Shown: positions 1 to 11,735, counted from the first letter of the stretch. The stretch: DNA of 64,000 nucleotides from an uncultured Methanomicrobiaceae archaeon (GCA_963826525.1 CAWGXH010000004.1:128001-192000), one strand, 5' to 3'. The notes: a model not told the origin generated them from the letters alone. A program made the numbers and translations.

Positions 1-326
1 ATCAGGCAGGCGTCATACTTTTTGCCGATCTCACGGTATTTCCTGAAGTAGTAATGGGGCAGATAGAAATGCTCCAACCCTCTGCCGGCGATGTTATCAC
101 GGATTGCCGGGTGCTTACATCGGTAGATCGTGACGTCTTCTACCTCCTCCTCAAGAGGGAACTCTCTCTTTTGATCCGTCCCGTCCAGATTGAACTTTCG
201 GGGGTACGAGGTTATGACGTCAACAGCATGACCTTGCCTGGCGAAAGCTCTGGCGAGATCGAAATAGATGTGAGCAGCGCTTCCAATCTCCGGGACGAAA
301 TAAGCAACGGCCAGTAGTATTCTCAT
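1..326 (-). CDS. Glycosyltransferase family 4 (WbuB-like), N-terminal part; runs off window edge
   Basis: Manual translation from ATG at 326: MRILLAVAYFVPEIGSAAHIYFDLARAFARQGHAVDVITSYP..., open to position 1; typical GT4 N-terminus within a sugar-nucleotide cluster. Confidence 0.8.
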   Translation of the reverse strand, partial: MRILLAVAYFVPEIGSAAHIYFDLARAFARQGHAVDVITSYPRKFNLDGTDQKREFPLEEEVEDVTIYRCKHPAIRDNIAGRGLEHFYLPHYYFRKYREIGKKYDACL

Positions 327-350
327 AGATGCACCTGAAAGGGGAGCAGA

Positions 351-1350
351 CTAAAACTCCGCACTGTTTTTGATGTTCTCCCAGTTCTCCACAAACCACC
401 GGTACGTCTGCTCAAGCCCCTCCCTGAACTCTGTCTGGGGAGTATACCCAAGGATCGTGCTCGCCTTGTCGATGCAGGAAAGCAGCCGATTCTTCTTGTC
501 CCAGTCTCTCCGCCCTTTATAAAGTGTCCCCGCATCGTTACCCGTCAGTTCGTTGATCCAGTTCGCGAGGTCGAAAATACGGATCTCCTGGCCGGCGCCG
601 AGGTTGATCGCCTCGCCGACTGCATTCTCGTGGGCAGCCATTTTCACGAGACCGTTGACCAGATCCCCGACGTAGGTAAAGTCCCGGGTCTCTTCCCCGG
701 TGCCGGTGATCGGCAGGGCCTGTCCGTTCATCGCCCAGTAGAAGAAGTTTGGAATAACGTTCCGGTACTTCCCGGGAACCTCCCCGGGGCCGTACGCAGT
801 TGAAGAACCGGGCGTTGACGATGGGTAACCCGTAGAGGTTGTGGAAGTAGTTGGTGTAGAGCTCACCGATCATCTTGGTGACCTGGTAGGGTGTGTAGAG
901 TTTGATGGAGATGTCGTGCTCCTCAAATGGCATCTTTGAGTCAAGACCGTAGATGCCGCAGCCGGACGAAGCATAGATGAACCGCTCGACATCCACGAGG
1001 TGAGCATACTGCAGGACCTTGAGGATGCCCATGCCGTTGACCATCAGGTCTTTCTCCGGACTGTCGACCGAGTTCTGGTTGGCAAAGTGGGCGGCGAGGT
1101 GGTAGACGATATCGGGCTTTGGCTTGAACGCCCGTTTTAACATCTCATCATCCAGTACGTCGCCATGCACGAACTGGACGGGGTCTGACCGGGTGATATT
1201 CCATTCGTACGAAGAAGAGAGGTCATCGAGGATGATGATCGTCTCCGCACCGAGATCGGAGAGCCTCCTGACCAGGTTCCCGCCGATTGCACCGGCGCCG
1301 CCGGTGACCAGAACCGTCTTTCCTTCAATAACGGATTTTTCGTTCTCCAT
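351..1350 (-). CDS. NAD-dependent epimerase/dehydratase (frameshift near 795)
   Basis: VTGGAGAIG Rossmann motif, HLAA, YQVTK (YxxxK); C-terminus (YGPGE...RDFTYVGD) in ORF 351..866. Confidence 0.9.
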
Positions 1351-1355
1351 TCTGC

Positions 1356-2296
1356 TCACTCCTCAATCCGGTAATGCCATTTCATCCACTCAACCGTATG
1401 CCGTATCCCCTCTTCCGGCGACACTCTTGGGTCGTGCCTGAGATCATGGACGGCCTTTGTGAAGTCCATGGTCTTGACTTTCGTCGTGAAGGGCTCTGCT
1501 TCCTCGTAGGTAACGTGCGAGTCGTCTCTGCCGGCTGCCTTGAGAATCAGGTCGGAGTAGTCTTTGATCTCCCGTTCCCACTCGGGACGACCGCCGACGT
1601 TGTAGACCTCTCCGGGAATGAAGTTGTCCATGATGTTCGCCCAGGTCCTGCAGGAGTCTTCGACGAAGTCGATGATCCGCCTGTGGCCCTTGAAGACGGT
1701 ATATGGTTTGTTGAAGAGCGCGTGGTAGATGAATTTGGGGATAAACCCGCGATAGGGGTTGTAGTGCTCGTGCGGCCCGTAACAGTTCACCGGCCGGACG
1801 CGGACCGTCTCTGTCCCGAACATCGCGGCCGAGTTCAGGCACATGAGTTCGCCTGCCCACTTGGTGATGGCATAATCGTTCATCTGATAAGTGTCCCTGA
1901 TGGGGTTGTTCACCATCACGTCCTCGAACATTGTGCCACGATAGTCGCCATAGACCTCGGCGCTGGAGAAGAATATCATCCGGAACTTCAACTTCTCCTG
2001 CAGGCGGAGTATGTGCTTGGTCCCGATCACGTTGGTCTGCCAGAGGTTCTCATAATAGTCTTCGCCGTTCCAGCGGCCGTACTCCGCGGCGAGGTGGTAT
2101 ACGAAATCAAACGTCGAGCGGTCAAAGATCTGTTCCACTGCCGGTAATTCCTCGTATCTGCACGGGTGTAGTTCTCCCGGTCCGCGTTCAGGAGGTCGAG
2201 TGCAACGACCTCGTGGCCCCGGCTGCGAAGTTCGTTGACAAGATTGGTGCCGATGAACCCGGCGCCACCAGTGACAAGAATTCTTTGCGTCTCCAT
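1356..2296 (-). CDS. NAD-dependent epimerase/dehydratase (frameshift near 2140)
   Basis: [11 protein letters not shown] in ORF 2027..2296 joins [20 protein letters not shown] in ORF 1356..2345. Confidence 0.9.
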
Positions 2297-2299
2297 AAT

Positions 2300-3397
2300 T
2301 CACCGCGCACATGGACTGCTCTTTTGTGACGGTATGCCGTTGCATATCGTGACGATTATTCTGCTTGCCGTACCGTCCCCGTAGGGGTTCTCCCAGGTTC
2401 CTGACCGGGAGAGCATCTGTCGGGCAGATGCCAGGATCCCGTCGGCCAGTGTCCCGGCCAGAACGTTCGCCCCCACCTCGATCGTCTCCGGCCGCTCGGT
2501 GTTCTCCCGGAGGGTTACACAGGGCACGCCTAGGATACAGGCCTCCTCCTGGACGCCGCCGGAGTCGGTCAGGACGAGGCGGGCGTTGGACTCAGCTGCA
2601 GGAAGTTGAGGAACCCGACGGGGTTCATGGCGGAGATCCCGTCAAGCGGGATCCGTATGCTCGATCATATTTCTGGTGCGGGGGTGCATGGGGAAGACAA
2701 CGGGGAGCGAGTACTCCCGGTGGATCGCCTCAAGTCCCAGAATGATGTTTCGGAGGTTTGCGTGGCTGTCGACGTTCTCCTGCCGGTGAGAGGTGACAAG
2801 GAAGTAGCCTCCCTGCTTCAGTCCGAGGGTGCCGAGGATAGTTGCCTTCTTCTCTGAGAACTCCCGGTTCTGGAAGATCGCGTCGACGATGGTGTTCCCG
2901 GTTACGCAGATCCTGTTCTCCTCGATCCCTTCGTTCTGGAGGTCCTGCCGTGCCGCTTCAGTGGGAGCAAAGAGGTAGTTGGAGATGTGGTCCGCAACCA
3001 CCCGATTGATCTCCTCAGGCATCGTTCGATCAAAACTCCGGAGACCTGCTTCGACATGGCCGACCCGGATCTGCAGTTTCGCGGCCGCGAGTGCTCCGGC
3101 CATGACAGTGTTGGTGTCGCCCTGGACAAGGACGATGTCGGGCTCTTCCTGCACGAGGATCTCCTCGATACCGGTCAGGATCCTGGCTGTCTGCCCGGCA
3201 TGGGTACCCGATCCGACATCCAGGTTATACTGCGGTTCCGGAAGCTCCAGTTCCTCAAAAAAGAGCCTGTCCATATCATAGGAATAATGCTGCCCGGAAT
3301 GAAGGATGAAGTAACCTAGGTTTCGTGCTTCGCATTCCCGGATGATCGGGGACATCTTGATGTACTCCGGTCTGGTTCCAAGAACAATCGCGATCAT
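2300..3397 (-). CDS. wecB: UDP-N-acetylglucosamine 2-epimerase, non-hydrolysing (frameshifted near 2600-2650)
   Basis: GTRPEYIK, GQHY, QGDTNT, HVEAGLRS, PEEINR, HRQEN motifs; C-terminal TDSGGVQEE and LRENTERPE in other frames. Confidence 0.93.
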
Positions 3398-4512
3398 TCA
3401 AAACCCCCCGTGAGGGGATGCGACGGACTCTCTTCGGCCATCCCGGCCTCTTCTGCAGGCGGGAGGGTATCCGCAGGGTTGGAATCGGAGACCACCCGCC
3501 TCCCCTGCTCCTGCCCCAGCATAATCTGTGCGAGTGAATACAGGATCAGCCCCACCGCGACGAGCAGGAGGCCGAAGATGAGCATGGAGAAGCCGCCGGT
3601 GAAGAGGATGTAGTCGAATTGAGCACTGAGATAATACTCGGAGAAGGTGTGGAGTACTGCACCGATGCTGAAGAGGGTGAAGATCAGACCCGGTATACTG
3701 AAGAACACGAGGGGCCGGCGGAGACTGATCGAGCCTGACGATGTTCATCAGCACCCCGACCCCATGGGAGACCGGGTTCTCGCTCGAGAGTCCCCTCAAT
3801 ATCGTAGCGCACCTGGATCGGCACCTCGGTGACCTTCAGATCGTGGTCACCGGCCTGAATCAGGATCTCGGAGCCGGCGGACATGCCGTCGCCGCTGGGG
3901 TGGATGGCTTCGATCGCCTTCTTCCCGTAAGCCCGAAAACCGCTCTGGGAGTCGGTGGTCGCAGGGCCGCTCCCCACCATCGTGGTGGCGGCGTCGAGCA
4001 CCTTCATGCCGACCTTGCGATAGGCAGGGATCTTGCCGGTCGAACCCTCGACGAATCGGGAGCCGATGACGACGTCGTTGCCGTGCCGGAGATCGGCGAG
4101 GAGTCTGGGAATGTCCTGCGGGTCGTGCTGGCCGTCGGCGTCGATGGTGACGAGCTCCTCCACACCCATAGCCCTCGCGGTGCAGAAGATAGTCTGCAAT
4201 GCCCCCCCGTATCCTTTATTGGTCTTGTGCTGAACGACGAGTGCCCCGAGAGCGCCGGCAATCGGGGCGGTGTCGTCCTTTGAACCGTCGTCGACGACGA
4301 GGACTTTATCAGTGTGCTGCTGCGCGCCTGAGGATGGTCTTTGCGATGTAGGCCTCCTCGTTGTAGGCGGGCATAGCGACGAGAGTTCGGAAGGGTATTT
4401 TTCTTTCAGAAAAGGGTGTCCCAGTTTCGGTGAAACAATGCGGCGATATGACCGACGGTGTAGCGATCACCACTATGCTTCCCTCGAGAGAGGCTATCTT
4501 GGTGCGATCCAT
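3394..4512 (-). CDS. Glycosyltransferase family 2 (dolichol-phosphate glycosyltransferase-like) with C-terminal TM helices; several frameshifts
   Basis: MPAYNEE, VVDDGS, IDADGQH, IGSRF, DSQSGFRAY distributed over ORFs 4309..4512, 3684..4199 and 3394..3708. Confidence 0.85.
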
Positions 4513-5703
4513 ATTTGCCTCCGATTATAGACGAGATTTTGACGCCGAACGCCAGATCCCAGGAGTCTAAATTTTTATTTCTTCGATGAAATATTTTTGA
4601 CGGCGCCGTATGATCAGGGCTACAATAAAAAACTTCCGGCTGGCGTGCAATGTGAAGCCGGATAGTGTCGGTAATACTGGTTGTCGTTGCAGGGGTGTGC
4701 GGGGAGTGAACACCGGCGTATTGCCTGGAGAAACTCCCCCCTCCGCACTGTACCTCTCCGGCATCACCGCCGAACCAGAGAGACACTCTCCGATGCCTAT
4801 ACGGTTGCAGTCCGAGCCCTGGTGCTGCCCTTCCCAGATCACTGCGGGATGTGCACGATGGGCTGATCATTGGAGATACCGTGAAGAGCACGCTGATCTC
4901 TTGGGAGACCGCGGTGGACATGCCCGAGATCTAGGAACATGACGGTAGCCGCCCAATGTAACAGGTTTCGTTTCCTAACGCTCCCATGACATCGCCGGTG
5001 CTCAAAAGCCTTCGGGAGGAAAGTATCACCAGGTTCGTCCCCCCAACCTCTCTGCGTCTGCAGAGAACATGATCCCCACCTAACCAGACGAAAAAAGTTC
5101 CAGAACCGCTTCACGATCTGCGATCTCGTTGCCCAAGGCCGGATACCATACGATTTCTGAGGCGTTGCGAGTTAGAAATGTCTGGCTTGCCCTGCTGTAA
5201 CCAGATTTCTCCCCGGTGAAACCGGATCCTGGGCCTCGATGCGCGCTTCTTCCAATTCTGTCTATGTCAGTCCATGACCTGGAAATACACCCGATCATCG
5301 GCGGGCGTTGTCAGAAAAGAGACCATGGTGTGACATACGGTTTAGAGGGGCAAGATGCAACGCTGTCGACCAATATTCTGCACGGGAGGGTTGGCAACAT
5401 ACTGAGCTCTTACAAAACCAACGACGGACGGAACATTGCGGCATCAGTCCCCTGCATCATCATCCTTACGTCAGTGGGGGTAACTGTCATCATCTGCCGC
5501 ACGAGATCGTCGGCCCGACGGAAGGGATCGGCAACCACTCTTCATAGATGTATTGCGCGGGATCAGAGATTAGTGTTGAGATCGCACCGGGCAGAAACTG
5601 CCCTTCTATCGCTGCCAATGCACGGTCGAAAACGCGAGGCACGCAACCGTCGGCGGCAAGCGGAGGAATTGTATATAAGGGAATACAATATTTATTGAAT
5701 TAT

Positions 5704-6323
5704 ATGTCAGATAAGAAGGAAGTCACCATCGGCATAACGATTAATCTCGAGAACTACGAAAACCTCCGCCTCGAGGTCGAGGGGAAAGTAGAAAGTCAGC
5801 AGGATGCCGACGAACTGGTCGCCTTCCTCGACGGCATCCTCTCCCGCCTCGGCCGCGGCGACCCGGCCACTGCCGAGCGGATCGATGCCTACCGGCGCCG
5901 CGTCCTCACCACCACCGAGGTCGAGGTCCCCACGGCGGGGAAGGCCGCTCCAAAGCCCCCCGAGAAGACGGGCATAGCGGAGGCAAAGCCGGTGCCTCCC
6001 GCAGGTGTGAGCCGGCAGCCCGTCTCCGAGGAGAAGTGCCCAACGGATGCGACGATCAAACAGGCCATACCCGCTGCACCGGAGCAGCCCCACCCCCCGG
6101 TACACCTGAAACCGCCGGCACGGAAGGAAGAACCGGTACCGGAAAAGCCGGCGCCAGAGCCCGAGCCCGCGGCGAAACCTGCCGTACCGGCAGCCAAACC
6201 CGCAAGCGGAGAGGCTGAAGCCGCCTGTGAGACCTGCGGAGCGCCGGTGACGAAATCGCAGGCGAAACTCGCCCACTCTTTACCGGGAAAACGCTCTGCA
6301 AGAAGTGCATGGAACAGCCGTGA
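5704..6323 (+). CDS. Hypothetical protein: N-terminal domain, Pro/Ala/Glu/Lys-rich linker, C-terminal C4 zinc finger (frameshift near 6270)
   Basis: MSDKKEVTIGITINLENYENLRLEVEG...; CETCG, then KTLCKKCMEQP* in the shifted frame; AT-rich promoter-like sequence directly upstream. Confidence 0.7.
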
Positions 6324-6397
6324 GGCGTGTCTGACAGTCGTTGAGCGAGAATAAAAACGCTGGAGGTTATATATTCCCAGGTAGAGAGGAATTATTG

Positions 6398-7523
6398 ATG
6401 AAGAAGAACCTGCTCATGTGGGACGAGACGCTCTTTCGCGACCCCGAGGTCTTTGAGATCGACCACGTCCCCGAGCAGTTCGACCACCGCGAGGCACAGC
6501 TCCGCGAACTCGCGTTTCAGGTGCGGCCGGGGCTCCGGGGTGCACGGCCGCTCAATACCATCTGCCGCGGCCTCCCGGGAACGGGGAAGACGACCAGCAT
6601 CAAGAAGATCTTCGCCGAGATCGAGGAGACCACGAAGAAACTCGTGCCGGTCTATATCAACTGCCAGATCGACAACACCAAATTCGCTATCTTCTCTCAG
6701 ATATACAAGAAACTCTCCGGCCACCTTCCCCCTGCATCGGGCACCTCCTTCAAGCAGGTCTTCGACGCCATCGGCCGCATCCTCCAGAAGGAGGAGCAGG
6801 TGCTTGTTGTCGCGCTCGACGACGCGAACTACCTCCTCTACGAGAACGAGATCAACCGCGTCCTCTACGCGCTGCTTCGCTCTCACGAGGCCTACCCCGG
6901 GACGCGCATAGGCGTTATCACCATCATCAGCGATATGAACGTCGACCTCCGCACCGAGGTGGACTCCCGGGTGGCATCGGTCTTCCAGCCGACCGAGATC
7001 TACTTCCCGCCCTACGGTGTCGAGGAGGTGCGGACAGATCCTCGAAGAAAGGGTCACGCAGGGGCTCTATCCCGGTGTGCTCACCTCCGATGACCTTGAT
7101 CTCATCGTCGACCAGACGATGAAGAGCGGCGACCTCCGGGTCGGGATCGACCTGATCAAGCGTGCGGCTCTGAACGCCGAGAAGGAAGCCCGGCGAGCGA
7201 TCGAGCGGGACGATATCTGCAGGGCATACGAGGTCTCGAAGTACCTCCACCTCTCTTACTCCCTCCGGACGCTGAAAGGCGAAGAGAAGCAGCTCCTCGG
7301 GAAGATCGCAGAGATGTCCCGCGAGGAGAAGGAGATGACCGCGGGAGAGGTCTTCCGGTACGTCAAAGAGACGATGCCGCTCGGCTACACCAAGTTCTAC
7401 GAGATCGTCAAGAAGTTCGATGCGATGCGGCTTTTAAATCTCCATTACCGGCAGGGCAGGGGGCGGACGCGCCTGATCAGCCTCCGCTACGATCCCGACC
7501 GCGTACTGGACTATCTGCAGTGA
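6398..7523 (+). CDS. cdc6: Orc1/Cdc6 family DNA replication protein (frameshift near 7035)
   Basis: Walker A GLPGTGKT, YINC, LDDANYL, FPPY, GDLRVGIDL, C-terminal winged helix ending GRGRTRLISL. Confidence 0.93.
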
Positions 7524-7586
7524 CGGCAGACAATTGGCAAATCTTATCTGTTCAACTGCCACTTGTACTCTGATGAGGTTTTCCAC

Positions 7587-8535
7587 ATGCTCAGCGTAAA
7601 CGAACTTGCACTGGACATATTCGAGGAATTAGCAGAATATGCTGAAGAATACAACGCAGTCTACCACGAACTCGACAACGGGGCACGTATCGTCGACTGC
7701 GGGGTCAGCACTCCCGGCGGCTACCTTGCCGGAAGGCGGTTCACCGAGATCTGTATGGGCGGCCTTGGTGAGGTCAACATCACCATGGGCAAGATCAGGG
7801 AGTTCCCGATCCCGTTCGTCGAGGTCAGCACCGACTTTCCGGCGATCTCCTGCCTCGGCGCACAGAAGGCCGGCTGGACGGTCAACGTCAACAAGTACTT
7901 CGCCATGGGCAGCGGCCCGGCACGCGCACTCTCCCTCAAGCCGAAGCACACCTACGAGGTCATCGAATACGAGGACGAGTTCGACTACGCGGTCATCGCC
8001 CTTGAGTCCGACCACCTCCCGAACGCCGGCGTCATGGAGAAGATCGCCGAGGCCTGCAACGTCGATGTGGCGAACACCTGCGCCGTCGTCGCCCCCACCG
8101 CCTCGATCGTCGGCTCCGTCCAGGTCGCCGGGCGCTGCGTCGAGACCGCGATCTACAAGCTCAACGAGGCTCGGGTTCGACACGAAGAAGATCACCGCCG
8201 GTATCGGGCACGCTCCGATCGCCCCCGTCAAGAAGGACGGCACGAAGGCGATGGGCAGCACCAACGACGCCACCATCTACCACGGCAGCATCTACCTGAC
8301 GATGAACGCCCCCGAGATCACCGAGTACCTCGAGAGGATCCCCTCGAACAAGTCCAAGGGATACGGAAAACCGTTCTACGAGATCTTCAAGGAGGCCAAC
8401 TTCGACTTCTACCAGATCGATACCTCGCTCTTCTCGCCGGCCGAGGTCGTCATCAACGAGCTCTCCGAGGGCAAGATCTACCACGTCGGTGCGGTCAACC
8501 CCGACGTGACCCTGAAGTCCTTCGGCTTCATCTAA
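7587..8535 (+). CDS. mch: Methenyltetrahydromethanopterin cyclohydrolase (frameshift near 8170)
   Basis: [67 protein letters not shown]. Confidence 0.95.
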
Positions 8536-8539
8536 CACT

Positions 8540-8548
8540 CTTTTTTTT
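8540..8548 (+). terminator. Oligo-T tract, probable archaeal terminator of mch
   Basis: T8 run 5 bp after the mch stop codon. Confidence 0.5.
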
Positions 8549-9184
8549 CGGCACGGCAGAGACCTCCTCCCGAGGGGGGACGAGAGCAGTATCGTCACAC
8601 GTAGACCAGAACGGTGTTTCTGACTTCAATCCTTCAGAGCATCGCATCTGTCTACAGATGCGGGGCGTCAAAACCAGGGTAGGGATATGAAGGCGGGAGA
8701 GGTATCGATCGCTGACCCTCCGTCCCGGCACAAACGACCCCGGATATCGGGTATTTCCCGATATTTTCGCCGATTTTGGGGGGTGAAAAGTGAGCAGCCG
8801 GTAAAACCTACCTCCTCGCCCGGATCAGAAAAGCAAGGAAAATACTCCGTCGTTATCGGCCGAAATGCGAAGGGGTGATCGCCGGAGGATGGATACCCTT
8901 CCCACCAGTGAGATCGGCCACCTGGCGGCTTCTGTGAGGGTGGTAATTCCGGCAGATTCGGCAGGAAAATCGAGTATTTAAGTCTTGCTTAACCGAACAG
9001 CCCTGCAACGACATACCATGCAGAGCGGCAGCCTGAGGAGAGCGGATCGAAAACGTATCCGTAACCGTCTCATGCGCAGAAGGTTCATCGCCGGTGCTCC
9101 GAATCCAAAGAGACTGCCGGTACATCCCCGCCGGAAGACAGCAACAGATTTAATACGACAGCCGCCCACGTTTTAAGGCTACTC

Positions 9185-9258
9185 GGGCTTGTGGTCTAGC
9201 TGGTCATGACGTCGCCCTTACACGGCGAAGATCTCCGGTTCGAATCCGGACAGGCCCA
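9185..9258 (+). tRNA. tRNA-Val (anticodon TAC), no intron, CCA not encoded
   Basis: GGGCTTG/CAGGCCC acceptor stem, anticodon arm TCGCC-CTTACAC-GGCGA, T-arm TCCGG-TTCGAAT-CCGGA; TTTAATA box about 30 bp upstream. Confidence 0.96.
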
Positions 9259-9435
9259 CTCCTTTTGCGATATTAAGACTAAAGAGGGCTCTATTCCGTC
9301 AATCAAAGCCCGAATAAGCGCATCTACCAGCTTAGAGGCGTTATCGGTCATCGTTTTGAGATATTCGGCTGATTCTTCCGATAGTGTTAGGTGGACTCTT
9401 GGGCGTTTACGCCCGTAATGATTCTCATTTGTCAT
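9196..9435 (-). mobile_element. Small ribbon-helix-helix-like ORF reading antisense into the tRNA 3' half; possible int(N) remnant of an SSV-type integrative element
   Basis: RPRVHLTLSEESAEYLKTMTDNASKLVDALIRAL fits the RHH pattern; last ~20 codons are the tRNA antisense; 9260-9540 is visibly AT-richer than its flanks. Confidence 0.5.
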
Positions 9436-9461
9436 TTGCTCCTTTCTCCTTAATTTTTTCT

Positions 9462-9498
9462 ACTGTCCGGACAGTTGTGTTTGTGTCCGGACAGTTGT
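9462..9498. repeat. Direct repeat TGTCCGGACAGTTGT x2 (20-bp period); first copy extends to the perfect 14-bp palindrome ACTGTCCGGACAGT
   Basis: Read directly at 9464-9478 and 9484-9498. Confidence 0.85.
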
Positions 9499-9586
9499 AA
9501 GGGAGGGTATGGGAGCGCAACTTTATGAAACGGGTATGAGTGCATCCGGAGGCCGGTGCAGCGGTGGCGCCGCGGAGCGTCCCTGT

Positions 9587-10793
9587 TCACAAACCGGGCA
9601 GCATGACAATCACACCTTCAGGACAGACATAGGAACAGAGGCTGCACCCGTCACACTGGTCTGCATCGATCACGACATGCCGATCCGCTATCGAGATGGC
9701 GTGGTACCCCCCGTCGCGGCAGGCCGTTACACAACGGCCGCAGGACGTGCATCGTTCCGGAAATCCCATGGTTGCGAAGCGGTATTCATTCCGGGAGAGG
9801 GATGCATGCGTTCCGATGCGGGAAAGGGCACGCCCTTTGAGTGCCCCGACACCCGTAAAGTGCTTGTCTGCAAGATATCCCGACAAACCCGCATTCATCT
9901 CACGGACGATACCTGCCCCTCCCCACATGACCGCCGTACAGATCTGGACTGCCGATGCCCCGGCCGCTATGTACTCGGCAGCGTCCTGCCAGCGGGAGAT
10001 CCCGCCGATCCCCATGAGCGGGATCGGAAGTTCCCGGGCAATCTGCGAGATCACCCGGAGCCCAATGGGTTTTACCGCGGGCCCGGAGTATCCCCCGTAG
10101 GTGCTCGACCCGGCAACCGAGGGGAGAGGTTCAAGCGTCTCAAGGTCGATGCCCATGAGGCACTGGACCGTGTTGATGGCTGAAAGGATATCGGCCCCGC
10201 CAGCCACCGCAGCCTGCGCAACAGGCAGGATATCCGTCACGTTGGGAGTGAGCTTGACGATCAGAGGAACCGTGGCGACCTGCCGCACTGCACGCGTCAC
10301 CCCGCCGACGAGATCGGCGTGCTGCCCGATGGCCGCACCGACCCCCCGTTCCGGCATCCCGTGGGGACAGGAGACGTTCAGCTCGATCGCATCCGCCCCT
10401 GCATCCTGCACGCTGCAGGCAAGTTCCTGCCATTCCGTAGGGTCGGGCGAGGCCATGATGCTCGCAATCAGAACCCGATCCGGATACTCCTTTCTGATGG
10501 CGGCGATCTCCAAAGTCCAGTACCGATTCATCCTTCTTGCTCAAGAGTTCGATGTTCTCAAAACCAAGGAGTCCGGAATGCTCGTCTTTCCAGACCGCAA
10601 AACGGGGCGAGACATCCAGAATGTCCATCGTGTCCGGGACAATGGTCTTGGTGACCGCACCCGCCCAGCCAAGCCGGAACGCATGCCGGATCTGCTCGCC
10701 CGATGCAGTCGGCGGACCCGAGGAAAGCAGGAACGGGTTCTTGAACGTAAGCGGACCAACGGTAGTTTCGAGGGGAAGGTCGGGTGCGGACAT
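9587..10793 (-). CDS. preA: Dihydropyrimidine dehydrogenase subunit PreA-like (FMN barrel plus 2x[4Fe-4S]); frameshift near 10530
   Basis: NPFLLSSGPPT, GAVTKT, NIEL, ELNVSCPHGM, VKLTPN, AINT, GGYSG, C-terminal CxxCxxCxxxC twice. Confidence 0.88.
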
Positions 10794-10868
10794 GTGATGT
10801 ATCCTTATCTGAATTGCGCCGGAATACCATATGGTTGTTATTATCAGGCAAGGGCTATCCCCGGCACG

Positions 10869-11735
10869 TCAAAATTTGCCCTCTCCGTGCAGCCACCAGT
10901 CGATGAGTGCCCGGGAGATGCTCATCGTGGACGGCAGGGAAGGAAGGTGGTCGCGGGTGAACCATCCCGCAGCTTCGATCTCGTTATCGTCGACGATCAG
11001 ATCGCCGCCCGCATAGTCGGCAATAAAGCCGATCATCAGGGAGTCAGGGAATGGCCAGGGCTCGCTGCCGAAGTAGCGGATGTTTTCGACCGCTATCCCA
11101 ACCTCTTCTTTGACTTCGCGGCGGACAGCGTGCTCGAGATTCTCACCCGGCTCGACGAACCCGGCGATGATGCTGTACATGCCGGGCGGGAACCGGGGTG
11201 AACGGGCGAGCAGAATCCTCTCACCGTCTCTCACGAGGACGATGATGGCGGGTGAAAGCCGGGGATAGACGATCAGATTGCAGGCAGGACAGGCTTTCGC
11301 CCGTTCGGTGGCGACCGGCCGGGTCTTCGCTCCGCACCTCCCGCAGTACTGCGTCGTCCGGTCGAAATCGACTATCCGGACGGCAAGAGCGGCGATGGCG
11401 AGTTCATCCGCCGGAACCCTGCCGTAGAGGTCGCGCACTCCGCAGACCTCCATCCCCTCCGGGAGGGAACTCTCCGCCGCGGCCTCCACCACATAGCAGG
11501 GCACGGCGCCGCGATGGCCGAGGTACAGGGTCCGTTCCACCCGGCAGCCACCCGAGGCCGGATCTGCATGCAGAAAGACCTGTGGATATTCTTCCGCGGT
11601 AACGCAGAGATCCGATCCCCGGACGAGCACGAAGAGCGCTCCTCCCCCCGGTAGAACCTGTGGTTCCGGATACCGGGCCGTAAGTGTATCCGCAGAGAAT
11701 GCTCCGGTGTGAATGTGAGTGTCGATAGGCTGCAT
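10869..11735 (-). CDS. nudC: NADH pyrophosphatase / NAD-capped RNA hydrolase NudC
   Basis: CGRCG..CPAC zinc site, YPRLSPA, Nudix box AGFVEPGENLEHAVRREVKEEVG, SEPWPFPDS. Confidence 0.93.
   Translation of the reverse strand: MQPIDTHIHTGAFSADTLTARYPEPQVLPGGGALFVLVRGSDLCVTAEEYPQVFLHADPASGGCRVERTLYLGHRGAVPCYVVEAAAESSLPEGMEVCGVRDLYGRVPADELAIAALAVRIVDFDRTTQYCGRCGAKTRPVATERAKACPACNLIVYPRLSPAIIVLVRDGERILLARSPRFPPGMYSIIAGFVEPGENLEHAVRREVKEEVGIAVENIRYFGSEPWPFPDSLMIGFIADYAGGDLIVDDNEIEAAGWFTRDHLPSLPSTMSISRALIDWWLHGEGKF

Noticed and set aside
4513-7523. Replication origin adjacent to cdc6
   Set aside because: I saw no ORB cluster or extended AT-rich unwinding element next to the gene; the only ORB-like match is isolated at 15226-15247.
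8744-8764. Hairpin ATATCGGG-TATTT-CCCGATAT between mch and tRNA-Val
   Set aside because: A single 8-bp stem with no second copy or linked feature; could be chance.
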